Positions 11,758-23,802 are shown, counted from the stretch's first letter. The stretch is 64,000 bases of DNA from Mustelus asterias (GCF_964213995.1 NW_027590338.1:124001-188000), one strand, 5' to 3'. The notes: generated by a model not told the origin, from the sequence alone. Made by a program: numbers and translations.

Positions 11758-13436
11758 GGTGCAGGTGTCCTTGCCTCTCCCTTGGGTGACCAATCAGTTG
11801 AAGCCTTGTCCACACACACAACACGGGTACCGTCTCTCCCTGCTGTGAATGGTGTGATATTTATTCAGGCTGTGTAACTGGTTAAAGCTCTTTAGTCAGT
11901 GCACTGGAACACTCTCACTCGAGTGTGGCAGTGTGTCGCTGCTTTTCCAGTCACACTGACATTTGAAATCTTTTCAAATCAACAGACCGGATAATCATTT
12001 CTTCTTCTAGATTCAAAGTCCGATGATATTCAGCTCCCAAGGAATATGACTCTGTCAGATCTAGATGTGACGTTTGAGATTTCAGCCTGTGATTCCTCTT
12101 TCAATATCCTGTAAAACGAGTTTACAAAAGTCATCAGTGTCAGTACAGGATAGAAATTCAGAACAGACAATTCTAGTTTCTATGGAACATTCTTTCCTAT
12201 TTCAGTCCCAAAAAGCTGTAAATCTCCATCCCACACACTCTCCCTCCATTCTCACTCTGCTGTATCTAATATTCACCCTCCCAATTCTCCTGAAGGTGCT
12301 GATTGAGGCTGATTGACAGATCCATGCTCACTGCTTCCTGTCCTGGACACAGAGACCATAACAAATAGGAGCTGCAGTCGGCCATTTGGTCCATCGAGCC
12401 TTTTAAACTATTCAATGAGATAATTCGTTCATCTACCTCAGCATCATTCTCCCCACACTAAACCCATATCCCTTGATATCCTCAATATCTAGAAACCAAT
12501 CAATCTCTCTCTCGAAAATAGTTGATGACTGAGGCTTCACTGTCCTCAGGGGTTGAGAATTCCAAAGCTTCACCACATCCTTGAGTGAAGAAATCCCCCC
12601 ACATCTTAGCTTTTGCTCCATCTTCTTCTCTGTTCCCCATAACCCTTGACACCCTTGTCAGTCAAAGATCTGTCTAACTGGAATATATTCAATGATCCTC
12701 AGCCTCCACTGGTCCCTGTGGAAGAGAAATCCAAAAGACTAACAACCCTCTGAGGGAAGAGATGTCTGGAAATATATAACGTAGCTACAGTTCCATATTA
12801 CAAGATATTCAGATCCCAAGGAATATGACTCTTTCTAGATGTGACAGTTGAGATTTCTGCCTGTGATTCCTCGTTCAAAATCCTGTGAAATGAGTTTGCA
12901 AAAGTCATCACAGTCAGTATAGGATAGAAATTCAGAGCAGACAATTCTAGTTTCTATGGAATGTTATTTCCTATTTCATTCCCAAAATGTTGTAACTCTC
13001 CATCCATATCTATGGATTCTATTTAAAAATGAAAGTGGATGGGCACTTGAAGGAAATAAACTTTCAGGAGAATGGGGATATAGAGTGGGAATGGGACTGG
13101 AATGTTATACAGAGAGTCAGCATGGACTTGAGTTACCGAATGGATTCCTTCTGTGCTGTAATGACTTTATGACTGGAAATGTATAACATCGCTGCAGCAT
13201 TATATTATAATGCAAGAAATAATAATAAATGTATTTTACTACAGAAACATAAATAATATATCTAATCTGGGTACCTTATAATAACACTAGACATATCTCT
13301 GTCCTATATTAATTTACTGTCCCCTTAAATGTCAGCCATCTCCTGGGGAAAGCTGCCCTTTAATGTGAACATTAGGAAAAAGACCATCCTTTTAGACAGA
13401 CAAATAAATGTGTCAAGCTGAGGGAGCAAAGGATGT

Positions 13437-13915
13437 TCACCAGGCTGATTCAGGGAATCGCGGGACTGATGTATGAGGAGAGACTGACTGGGTTAGAATT
13501 GTTTTCATTGGAGTTCAGATGAATGAGGGGGGAGTCTCAAAGAGACTTATAAAATTCTAAGGGTCGAGACAGGATAGATGCAGGGAGGATGTTCCCGATG
13601 GAGTCCAGAACCGGGGGTCACAGTCTGAGGATTCAGGGCAGACCATTTAGGACGGATTTGAGGAGACATTTCTTCACCCAAAGAATAGTGACCCTGTGGA
13701 ATTTATTACCACAGGAAGTGGTTGATGCCAAAACATTGAATGTATTCAAGAGGCGGCTGGATAAAGCACTTGGGGCGAATGGGATCACAGGTTATGGGGA
13801 AAAAGCAGGATTAGGCTATTGAGTTGGATGATTAGCCATGATTGTAATGAATGGCGGAGCAGGCTCGAAGGGCCAAATGGCCTCCTCCTGCTCCTATCTT
13901 CTATGTTTCTATATC
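13437..13915 (+). mobile_element. CR1 3' fragment inserted in the ZNF-3 leader intron
   Basis: FFTQRIVTLWNLLP; splits the otherwise contiguous aaggatgt/caatgtctttaag. Confidence 0.8.
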
Positions 13916-13951
13916 AATGTCTTTAAGAGAGAGAGAGAGACCTGGGCCAAC

Positions 13952-14001
13952 CTTTCCAGAGTCTGCAACCTCCCTGGATTCACTTCCTTTCCCTTCAGTT
14001 G
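13952..14001 (-). other. Predicted 50-nt leader exon 2 of ZNF-3
   Basis: Upstream intron 14002-14073 (GTGAGT...ttgcag, 72 nt); downstream donor AAG|GTTGGC. Confidence 0.65.
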
Positions 14002-14142
14002 CTGCAAGTCCCCAATTTCCCCCAGAATGAGAAAAGAAATGGAAAGGGGGAGAAAAGAAAGTGTTTTACTCACAGATGTTGGCCTCTTTAAAGGAATGCA
14101 GTGCCAATTTGCAGATAGCACAGAAAGCCAGCAAAGGGGCCC

Positions 14143-14195
14143 TGCCGAAACCCGGGATTGAACCAGGGACCTTTAGATCTTCAGTCTCACACTCT
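14143..14195 (-). pseudogene. 5'-truncated tRNA-Phe(GAA) gene fragment
   Basis: Reverse complement agagtgtgagactGAAgatctaaaggtccctggttcaatcccgggtttcggca matches the 3' ~53 nt of vertebrate tRNA-Phe. The 5' acceptor strand and most of the D arm are missing; the B box is retained. Confidence 0.9.
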
Positions 14196-14259
14196 TAATT
14201 GCTTGCACTTAATTGAAACAGGAGGAAGTTTGAATCTGCCTGAAGCTCAATCTTCAATC

Positions 14260-14640
14260 ACACAAGGCCCGCGCTCTGCTTGGCTGGAGGACCAGAATCC
14301 TTCCGGTCCTCCAACTCTTCCCATTGGCCAGAGCTGGTGAGGGGCAGTGAATCAAAAGTGCGCATGTGTGGGTTTTTAGGAGGAATGCGCATGTGCGGGT
14401 GTGGGGGGGGCCCGGGACAAAGCCGGCGCACTGACCATTGTCTGTCCGGGTCTTCCAACCTTTTCCAATGGACAACAGCTCAGCGCGGCTGGAGGGCAAA
14501 GTCCCGCCCACCCCCACGAGGGGCTCCGCCCCTCATTGTCTGTCTGCAGGGGATTGACCAATGGGAACTCTGGAGGACCGGAAGGACTCTGGTTCAGCTG
14601 CTCATTCCTGCACAGCAAAGCTGCTGCTGCTCTCTGTCTG
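14260..14640. promoter_or_regulatory. CpG-rich bidirectional promoter between ZNF-3 (-) and ZNF-4 (+)
   Basis: Two TGCGCATGTG (NRF1-like) motifs, several CCAAT/ATTGG, CCCGCCC and CCGCCCC GC boxes; inverted symmetric halves. Confidence 0.7.
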
Positions 14641-14692
14641 AATGAAGATTGAGCTTTCGACAGACTCAAGGAAGTGAAAAGAATCAGCCAAT

Positions 14693-14803
14693 GCCAACGG
14701 CAATACCAGACTGAAAACGCCTGACCTCGGAAGCTAAGCAGACTCAGGCCTGTTTAGTACTTGAATAGGAGACCTCCTGGGAATACTAGGTGTAGTAGAC
14801 TTT
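14693..14803 (+). pseudogene. 5S rRNA gene copy with ~10-nt internal deletion
   Basis: gccaacggcaataccagactgaaaacgcctga-cctcggaagctaagcagactcaggcctgtttagtacttgaataggagacctcctgggaatactaggtgtagtagacttt aligns end to end with vertebrate 5S, lacking ~TCTCGTCTGA. Confidence 0.9.
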
Positions 14804-14805
14804 AG

Positions 14806-15129
14806 GATGGCATGGTGGCACAGTGGTTAGCACTGCTGCCTCACAGCGTCAGGGACTTGGGTCAATTCCTGTTTTGAGTCACTGTCTGTGTGGACTTTGC
14901 ATGTTCTCTCCCCATGTGGGTTTCCCCCGGGTGCTCCGGTTTCCTCCCACGGTCCAAAAGATGTGCGGGTCGGGTGGATTGGCCATGTTAAATTGCCCCT
15001 TAGTGCCAGGGGGACAAGTTAGGGTAAATGCACAGAGGTACGGGGATAGGGCCCGAGTGGGATTGTGGTTGGTGCAGACTCGATGGGACGAATGGCCTCC
15101 TTCTACACTATAGGATTGTATGATTCTAT
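14806..15129 (+). mobile_element. HE1-like SINE directly after the 5S copy
   Basis: tggtggcacagtggttagc head; ...gattgtatgattctatg tail; replaces the exon-1 donor/intron of the leader module. Confidence 0.85.
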
Positions 15130-16110
15130 GAAGTGAATCCAGAGAGGGTGCAGACTCTGGAAAGGTTGGCCCAGGTCTCTCTCCCTCTCTTAAAGACATT
15201 GACGTTCTTTGCTCCCTCAGCTTGACACATTGATTTGCTTGGTTAAGAGGATGTTCTCTTTCCTAATGTTCAGAATTAAAGGGCTGCTTTCCCCAGGAGA
15301 TGGCTGACATTTAAGGGGACAGTAAATTAATATAGGACAGAGATATATCTTGTGATTTTTTTTGTCACAGATTAGATAAATTATTTATGGTTCTGCAATG
15401 AAGTAATTTATTCTTATTTATATTCTTGTAATATTGTTCTGTACCTCTGTTATATACTTCCAGTTATGGAGTCATTACAGCAAAGGGGTCCTTTCAGCCA
15501 CACACGTCCATCCTGACTCTTGGTCAAAGTGAAGCAGTGAACATGGATCTGTCAATCAGCCTCAATCAGCACCTTCAGGAGAATTGGGAGGGTGAGTATT
15601 AGATACAGCAGAGTGAGAATGGAGGGAGAGTGTGTGGGATGGAGATTCACAGGAATGAGAGAGGAAAGAATGTTCCATAGAAACTAGAATTGTCTGTTCT
15701 GAATTTCTATCCTGTACTGACACTGATGCATTTTGTAAACTCCTTTTACAGGATATCTGAAGGTGATGATTTGCAGGCAGAAATATCAAACCAAATGTCA
15801 CACTAAGATCTCACAAATTCACTCTATTTATCGGAACCTGAATATCATCAGTCTTTCAATTTAGAAGGATAAATATTTGTCTGTTCTGTCTTTTTCAGGA
15901 GATCTTCAATATCAGTGTGCCTGGAAAAGCACTGAAACACACACACACCTGAGTGAGCGTGTTCCAGTGCACGGACTGTGGAAAGAGCTTTAACACAGTC
16001 TGAAAAAACATTGCATCATTCACATCAGGGAGAGAAATTAATTGTGTTCTGTGTGTGCACGAGGCTTCAGCAGATCGTGAAACCAGCAGAGTCACAAGGA
16101 CACCTGCACC

Positions 16111-16785
16111 ATGGAGAAACGGTGGAAATGTGGGGACTGTGGGAAGGGATTCAATTACCCATCAAAGCTGGAAACTCATCGACGCAGTCACACTGGGGAG
16201 AGACCATTCACCTGCTCTCAGTATGGGAAGGGATTTAGTCAATTCTCCCTTCTGCTTACACACCAGCGAGTTCACACTGGGGAGAGGCCGTTCACCTGTT
16301 CGGAGTGTGGGAAGGGATTCAGCGATTTACCCACACTGCGGAGACACCAGCGAGTTCACACTGGGGAGAGACCATTCACCTGCCCTGTTTGTGGAAATGT
16401 TTTCAGCAATTCATCCACACTACTGACACACCAGTGAGTTCACACTGGAGACAGACCGTTCAATTGCTCTGACTGTGGAAAGGGATTCATTCGGTCATCC
16501 CACTTGCTGACACACCAGCGGGTCCACATAGGGGAAAAGCCATTCACCTGCTCTGAGTGTGGGAGAGGATTCAGTGATTCATCAAACCTGCTGACACACC
16601 AGCGAGTTCACACTGAGAAGAAGCCATTCAACTGCTCTGTGTGTGGAAGGGGATTCAAACATTCAGCAACCGTGATGAAACGCCAGCGAGTTCACACCAG
16701 GGAGAGGCCGTTCACCTGCTCCATGTGTGGGAAGGGATTCACATTGTTCTGCAACTTGCAGAGACACCAGCGAGTTCACAAATGA
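16111..16785 (+). pseudogene. C2H2 ZNF, 8 finger units, interrupted by in-frame TGA (ZNF-4)
   Basis: TGA at 16435-16437 (CGA>TGA); finger 2 has C>Y and finger 7 has H>R; the frame is otherwise continuous. Confidence 0.8.
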
Positions 16786-17645
16786 TGACAGGGTTGGATT
16801 CTGCTGTTATTGCTGTGGTTAATCACATACAGGCCCGAACCATGTTCATTCTGACAGTAGGTGAAGTGGGAGGGTCGGAGGGTTTCTTTCTCGTGGACTG
16901 GCCGGTCCCACAACTTTGCTTCCAGTGGCTGATGCTCTTTGAGCCTGGGAGAGCACATTTCCATTGAAATGATCCACATTTGATGGCAGGATTAGAGGAT
17001 ACATGTGAAGCTTCTTGTAGTTTAATTGTGAATGTCAATTCTGGAGAAATGCTATTTCTTAAATTGTATTCGCTTTTTAACTTAAAGAGAAATAGTCACT
17101 TTCCTTCAACATACACACAGATTAGTGTGGGTTTGATTATCAGTTTCTGTAATGGTGTTGTTGTGATGTATTTTCTGTGACTTTTATTTCTTATGAAAAT
17201 AAAATAAAAATGGTATTTTGTAATGTGTATATTGCTTCCTGAGCTTTAGCACACCCGTCACCTTTCTGTGTAGATTTTCTATGTTCTGTAATAATTGTAT
17301 TAGTTTAAGTTTGTGTATCTCTTGTACTTAGAGTTATTTGTCTTTCAGTAACTTGCTTCAGGCGTCGGCAGTCACTAAGAAATGAAACATCCCACCTCAG
17401 ATGTAGCAGTTCGGTCGATGAGCCTGACGAACATCAATCATCAGGAAGTGACACCACACGTCCTTTTATTACAAGGAAGCAGACACACAAATGACCTTGT
17501 GCTGCCTTGTTATCTCAGTGGAAAAGCTTTGAACTTACTACAGCAGCAGGGAAAAGCAGTAAGGAAAAGGATGTTGCTGCAAGTGACTGAGATCCTGGAT
17601 TAACTCAGTTAGGAGTTAATGGGAAGTGATATCAGGAAGGTGACC

Positions 17646-17980
17646 CGGGCAGCACGGTGGCACAGTGGTTCGCACTGCTGCCTCACAACACCAGGACCCC
17701 GGGTTCAATTCCAATCTCAGGTGACTGTGTGTGTGGAGTTTGTACATTCTCCCCGTATCTGCGTGGGTTTCCTCCAGGTGCTCCAATTTCCTCCCACACT
17801 CCAAAGATGTGTGGGTTAGGTTGATTGGCTGTGCTAAATTGCCCTTAGTGTCGGGGGGGGGGGGGTGGGGGTTAGCAAGGTAAATACATGGGGTTACTGG
17901 GATAGGGTCTGGGGTGGTCGATGCAGACTCGATGGGCCGAATGGCCTCCTTCTGCACTGTCGGGATTCGATGATTTCTAT
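17646..17980 (+). mobile_element. HE1-like SINE with 33-bp flanking duplication
   Basis: Flanked by 17613-17645 and 17981-18013 (3 mismatches). Confidence 0.85.
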
Positions 17981-18324
17981 GAGTTAATGGGAAGTGACAT
18001 CAGCAAGATGACCAATATCCTTCAGGGACCAATCAGACATTGATCATGCACCATTTTATCAATCAGGGGCTGATCATGTGCTGCTTGGGCCAATCAGAAC
18101 CACAGCAGACGAGCGACAAAGCTGAATGAGCGAATACCGCACAGAGATAGTTGTGAGCGAGGGTTAATGAGTGACAATTTTCCGGAGCTCGGTGCGCAAC
18201 ACAACACTACATGAAGTAAGATAGACTTTGGTCAACAGAACAGCCGACAGCCACAGTCAACCAGAAGCCGAGAGCTGGTGTTCCAGAGTGAACAGACTGA
18301 TCCACTGTGTTTAAATAGACCACA

Positions 18325-21300
18325 GAACATAGAACAGTACAGCACAGAACAGGCCCTTTGGCCCACGATGTTGTGCCAAGCTTTATCTGAAACCAAGATC
18401 AAGCTATCCCACTCCCTATCATCCTGGTGTGCTCCATGTGGCTATCCAATATCCGCTTATATGTTCCTAAAGTGTCTGACTCCACTATCACTGCAGGAAG
18501 TCCATTCCACACCCCAACCACTCTCTGCATAAAGAACCTACCTCTGATATCCTTCCTATATCTCCCACCATGAACCCTATAGTTATGCCCGCTTGTAATA
18601 GCTCCATCCACCCGAGGAAATAGTGTTTGAACGTTCACTCTATCCCCTTCATCATTTTATAAACCTCTATTAAGTCTCCCCTCAGCCTCCTCCGCTCCAG
18701 AGAGAACTGCCCCAGCTCCCTCAACCTTTCCTCATAAGACCTACCCTCCAAACCAGGCAGCATCCTGGTAAATCTCCTCTGCACTCTTTCCAGCGCTTCC
18801 ACATCCTTCTTATAGTGAGGTGACCAGAACTGCACACAATATTCCAAATGTGGTCTCACCAAGGTCCTGTACAGTTGCAGCATAACCCCATGGCTCTTAA
18901 ACTCCAACCCCCTGTTAATAAAAGCTAACACACTATAGGCCTTCTTCACAGCTCTATCCACGTAACTGCCAACCTTTAGAGATCTGTGGATATGAACCCC
19001 AAGATCTCTCTGTTCCTCCACAGTCTTCAGAACCCTACCTTTGACCCTGTAATCCACATTTAAATTAGTCCTACCAAAATTAATCACCTCACATTTATCA
19101 GGGTTAAACTCCATTTGCCATTTTTCAGCCCAGCTTTGCATCCTATCTATGTCTCTTTGCAGCCTACAACAGCCCTCCACCTCATCCACTACTCCACCAA
19201 TCTTGGTGTCATCAGCAAATTTGCTGATCCACCCTTCAGCCCCCTCCTCTAAGTCATTAATAAAAATCACAAAGAGCAGAGGACCAAGTACTGATCCCTG
19301 CGGCACTCCGCTAGCAACCTGCCTCCAATCCGAAAATTTTCCATCGACCACCACCCTCTGTCTTCGATCAGACAGCCAGTTCCCTATCCAATCGGCCAAC
19401 TTTCCCTCTATCCCACACCTCCTCACTTTCATCATAAGCCGACCATGGGGGACCTTATCAAACGCCTTACTAAAATCCATGTATATGACATCAACTGCCC
19501 TACCTTCATCAACACACTTAGTTACCTCCTCAAAAAATTCAATCAAATTTGTGAGGCACGACTTGCCCTTCACGAATCCGTGCTGACTATCCCGGATTAA
19601 TCCGCCTATTTCTAAATGGTCGTAAATCCCATCTCTAAGGACCTTTTCCCATCAATTTACCAACCACCGAAGTAAGACTAACTGGTCTATAATTACCAGG
19701 GTCATTTCTATTCCCTTTCTTAAACAGAGGAACAACATTCGCCATTCTCCAGTCCTCTGGCACCATCCCCGTGGACAGCGAGGACCCAAAGATCAAAGCC
19801 AAAGGCTCTGCAATCTCATCCCTTGCCTCCCAAAGAATCCTAGGATACATTTCATCAGGCCCAGGGGACTTATCGACCTTCAGTTTATTCAAAACTGCCA
19901 GGACATCCTCCCTCCGAACATCTATTTCCTCCAGCCTATTAGCCTGTAACACCTTCTCTTCCTCAAAAACATGGCCCCTCTCCTTGGTGAACACTGAAGA
20001 AAAGTATTCATTCATCACCTCGCCTATCTCCACTGACTCCATACACAAGTTCCCACTACTGTCCTTGACCGGCCCTAACCTCACCCTGGTCATTCTTTTA
20101 TTCCTCACATAAGAGTAAAAAGCCTTGGGGTTTTCCTTGATCCGACCCGCCAAGGACTTCTCGTGTCCCCTCCTAGCTCTCCTAAGCCCCTTTTTCAGCT
20201 CATTCCTTGCTAACTTGTAACCCTCAATCGAGCCATCTGAACCTTGCTTCCTCATCCCTACATAAGCTTCCCTCTTCCTTTTCACAAGACATTCCACCTT
20301 TTTTGTGAACCATGGTTCCCTCACTTGGCCATTTCCTCCCTGCCTGACAGGGACATACCTATCAAGGGCATCCAGTATTAGTTCCTTGAAAAAGTTCCAC
20401 TTTTCATTAGTTCCTTTCTCTGACAGTTTCTGTTCCCAACTTATGCCCCCTAATTCTTGCCTAATCGCATCATAATTACCTCTCCCCCAATTGTAAACCT
20501 TGCCCTGCCGTACGGCCCTATCCCTGTCCATTGCAATAACAAAAGACACCGAATTGTGGTCACTATCTCCAAAGTGCTCTCCCACAACCAAATCTAACAC
20601 TTGGCCCGGTTCATTTCCCAGTACCAAATCCAATGTGGCCTCACCTCTTGTCGGCCTATCCACATATTGTGTCAGGAAACCCTCCTGCACACACTGCACA
20701 AAAACTGCCCCATCCGAACTATTTGACCTACAAAGGTTCCAATCAATATTTGGAAAGTTAAAGTCCCCCATGACAACTACCCTGTGACCTCCACACCTAT
20801 CCATAATCTGATTAGCAATTTCTTCCTCCACATCTCTATTACTATTTGGGGGCCTATAGTAAACTCCTAACAACGTGACCGCTCCTTTCCTATTTCTAAC
20901 CTCAGCCCATATTACCTCAGTGTGCAGATCCCCCTCGAAGTGCCTTTCCGCCGCCGTTAAACTATCCTTGATTCACAATGCCACTCCTCCACCTCTTTTA
21001 CCAGCTTCCCTACACTTAGTGAAACATCTATACCCCGGAACGTCCAACAACCATTCCTGTCCTTGTTCTTCCCACGTCTCCGTAATGGCCACAACATCGT
21101 AGTCCCAAGTACCAATCCACGCCCCAAGGTCATCTACCTTGTTCCGGATGCTCCTTGCATTGAAGTAGACACACTTCAACCCACCTTCCTGTCTACCGCT
21201 ACCCATCCTTGACCCTGAAAAATTCCCCAATACCTCACCACCCTCACTGACTTCTGGACTACAACTCCTTTTCCCACTCCCCTGACAAATTAGTTTAAAC

Positions 21301-22640
21301 CCCCCTGAAGAGCCGTAACAAATTTCCCTCCTAGGAAATTGGTGCCCCTCTGGTTCAGGTGCACCCCGTCCTGTTTGTACAGGTCTCACCTTCCCCAGAA
21401 TGTGTTCCAATTATCCACGTATCTGAAACCCTCCCTCCTACACCATCCCTGCAACCACATGTTTAACTGCACTCTCTCCCTGTTCCTCAACTAGCTATCA
21501 CGTGGCACCGGCAATGTACCAGAGATGACCACATGTTTTGTCTTGGCTCTCAGCTTCCAGCCCAGCTCCAGAAATTCCTGCTTTAAATCCCCATCCCTTC
21601 TCTTACCTATGTCATTGGTACCAATGTGCACCACGACTTGTGACTGTTTCCCCTCCCCCTTCAGAATCCGGAAAACACGGTCTGAGACGTCACGGACCTT
21701 GGCATCCGGTAGGCAACATACCATCCGTGAGTCTCTTTTGCTGCCACAGAACCTCCTATCTATCCCTCTAACTAACGAGTCCCCAATAACCATTGCACTC
21801 CCGCTCTGCCCCTTACCCTCCCGAGCCACAGAGACGGACACAGTGCTTGAGATCCTCTCACTGCGGCTCACCACTGGTATGTCATCCCCCTCAACCGTAT
21901 CCAAAGCGGAATACTTGTTGCTAAGGGGAACGGCCACCGGGGATCCCTGCATGGACTGCTTCCTCCCAGCCCCTCTCACCATCACCCATCTGTTTTCATT
22001 CCTTGGAGTAACTGTATTCCTAAAGCTTCTGTCTATGGCCAAATCTGTGTCCCTGATGATCCTAAGTTCATCCAACTCCAGCTCCAGTTCCCTAACACGG
22101 TTTTGGAGGAGCTGCAGATGGGTGCACTTCCCACAGATGTAATCAGCAGGGACACTGTCGTCGTCCCTCACCTCAAACATAGTGCAAGAGGAACATTGAA
22201 CTGCCTGCACACCCATCCCCTCCAGCTACCTTGCCAGTACCAGGTAGAAAGTGCAAAAAAGAATTAAACTCACCCCTGCTCGCCCTTTCTGCCTAAGCCC
22301 TGTGAGCCAAAGCCTTATAGCTCACACTCTGCTTCCCACTCACTCAAGCCCTGTGAGCCAAAGCCTTATAGCTCACACTCTGCTTCCCACTCACTCCACT
22401 GCCCGCTCCCGACGCTGCCCGCTGTATACTGCAGCCTACCTTTTATACTTCACACGCTTAAAAAACCCTTCCCAGACTCCTTAGCAGCCCACTTCCAATT
22501 TTCACTTTAAACTTAACATACTACTGCAAAAGTAAAGGCCAAAAAAAACACACACTAGCTGACTAATTAAATAAATAAACAATTCAATTAATCTCTCACC
22601 AGCACTGCTGCCTCCAATCACTCCCTCTGAGCTTGCTCCA
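18325..22640 (-). mobile_element. Near full-length CR1 LINE (ORF1 zinc finger/leucine zipper + SGNH esterase; ORF2 APE endonuclease + RT), few inactivating lesions
   Basis: ORF1 21491-22216: CSSC..CGKC, GDSLVRG, VHIGTND. ORF2: NARS, ITETW, GDFN, SDH, GVPQGSVLGP, FADD. Stops at ~21491 and ~20973; frameshifts near 19640 and 18640. Confidence 0.95.
22295..22396. repeat. Exact 51-bp tandem duplication in the CR1 5' UTR
   Basis: aagccctgtgagccaaagccttatagctcacactctgcttcccactcactc x2. Confidence 0.92.
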
Positions 22641-23487
22641 GTGGAACAAATATTGTGATTTTATACTTATTACAATTAATAAATTCTGTGACAACATTCT
22701 TGTACCTGGAATGGTCTGTAACTAGTCAGGAGCTGCAGATTCCTTTCACAACTTATTCCAATGGGTAACTGACTTGACTGTTACAATTGAGATTGGAGCC
22801 AAACCCAGATCTTACAATAGGATAGAATTTCACATTCTGTTTGAAGGGGAGAAATGTGGGTCTAAGACCAGTGTTTTGAATCTAAATAAATGGTCTGAAA
22901 GCAGAGCTGGCGAAGCCATACAAAATGAGGGAAATTATATTTTTTCATCTTTGATTTGTTTTGAAATATTTTCTGTGAATATCGTTATAATCCTGGTTGG
23001 GGCCGTTAATGTTTAAAAAAAAATTCAAATAGCCAGTGATTAACGGAAGAATAATGTCACAAGAATCTTTAAACAAAAACATGCTTTATTGGATATATAA
23101 AACAAAAGAAAATTAAAAACCAACACTACAAACTTAACACTGTCGGTTAAAAAGATTTATGTTATAAACACAGTTCTACTTTTTAACTTCTACCCAAAAT
23201 TTCCCTGATACTTAATATCTTGAAGGCTCATTCACTTCTGTTCCTGTGAACATATGGAAGGTACGACGAAGCTCACCAGAATTCACTTTAATCCTCCTCA
23301 GTGTTCCAGCTACTCTCCAAGCGTTTATGAGGTCCTTCCATTAGCTTCCCACTCAACAACCCTTCAACTTTCCTCTATGATCTCAAAACTGTGGACTCCT
23401 CAGTCAAAGCCTGAGCTTCACTGTCTTCTTGCTGAGGGATTTAAACATTAGGAACAGCACTGGTTCCTCATGGCCCTCCAGGCTTCC

Positions 23488-23697
23488 AGTCCCACAGCTG
23501 GTTCACAGCTCCTGCTCCCACAGCTCCTGGTCCCACAGCTGGTTCACAGCTCCTGCTCCCACAGCTGGTTCACAGCTCCTGTTCCCACAGCTGGTTCACA
23601 GCTCCTGCTCCCACAGCTGGTCCACAGCTCCTGGTCCCACAGCTGGATCACAGCTCCCGGTCCCACAGCTGGTTCACAGCTCCTGCATCCACAGCTG
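23488..23697. repeat. Minisatellite built from CACAGCT units (dominant ~26-bp period)
   Basis: Repeated cccacagctggttcacagctcctgct variants. Confidence 0.9.
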
Positions 23698-23802
23698 ACG
23701 GCTTCCAGGCTAACTGCAGACTGCCTGCTTTCTGTGAGAGGTCAAAGCCTTTCTCTTTTCACCATCCCATTTAACTAAGGATCTGTGGAATATTCCATTC
23801 AG

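Larger units (their letters stand above)
17282..22696 (+). mobile_element. Probable solo LTR hosting a nested SINE and CR1
   Basis: TGTT...AACA termini, AATAAA near the 3' end, flanks TTCTA/TTCTT (5-bp TSD with 1 mismatch). Confidence 0.45.

Noticed and set aside
14143-14195. Functional tRNA-Phe gene
   Set aside because: The 5' acceptor strand and A box/D arm are absent, so it cannot fold as a cloverleaf.
14693-15129. 5S-headed composite SINE (SINE3-like)
   Set aside because: The other HE1-like copies in the window lack 5S and this one has its own tRNA-like head; better read as an insertion next to the 5S copy.
19149-22142. + strand ORFs antisense to CR1
   Set aside because: Typical antisense shadows of CR1 ORF1/ORF2.
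23429-23778. Repetitive ORFs or a CRISPR-like array
   Set aside because: Simple minisatellite without unique spacers; eukaryotic context and no cas genes.
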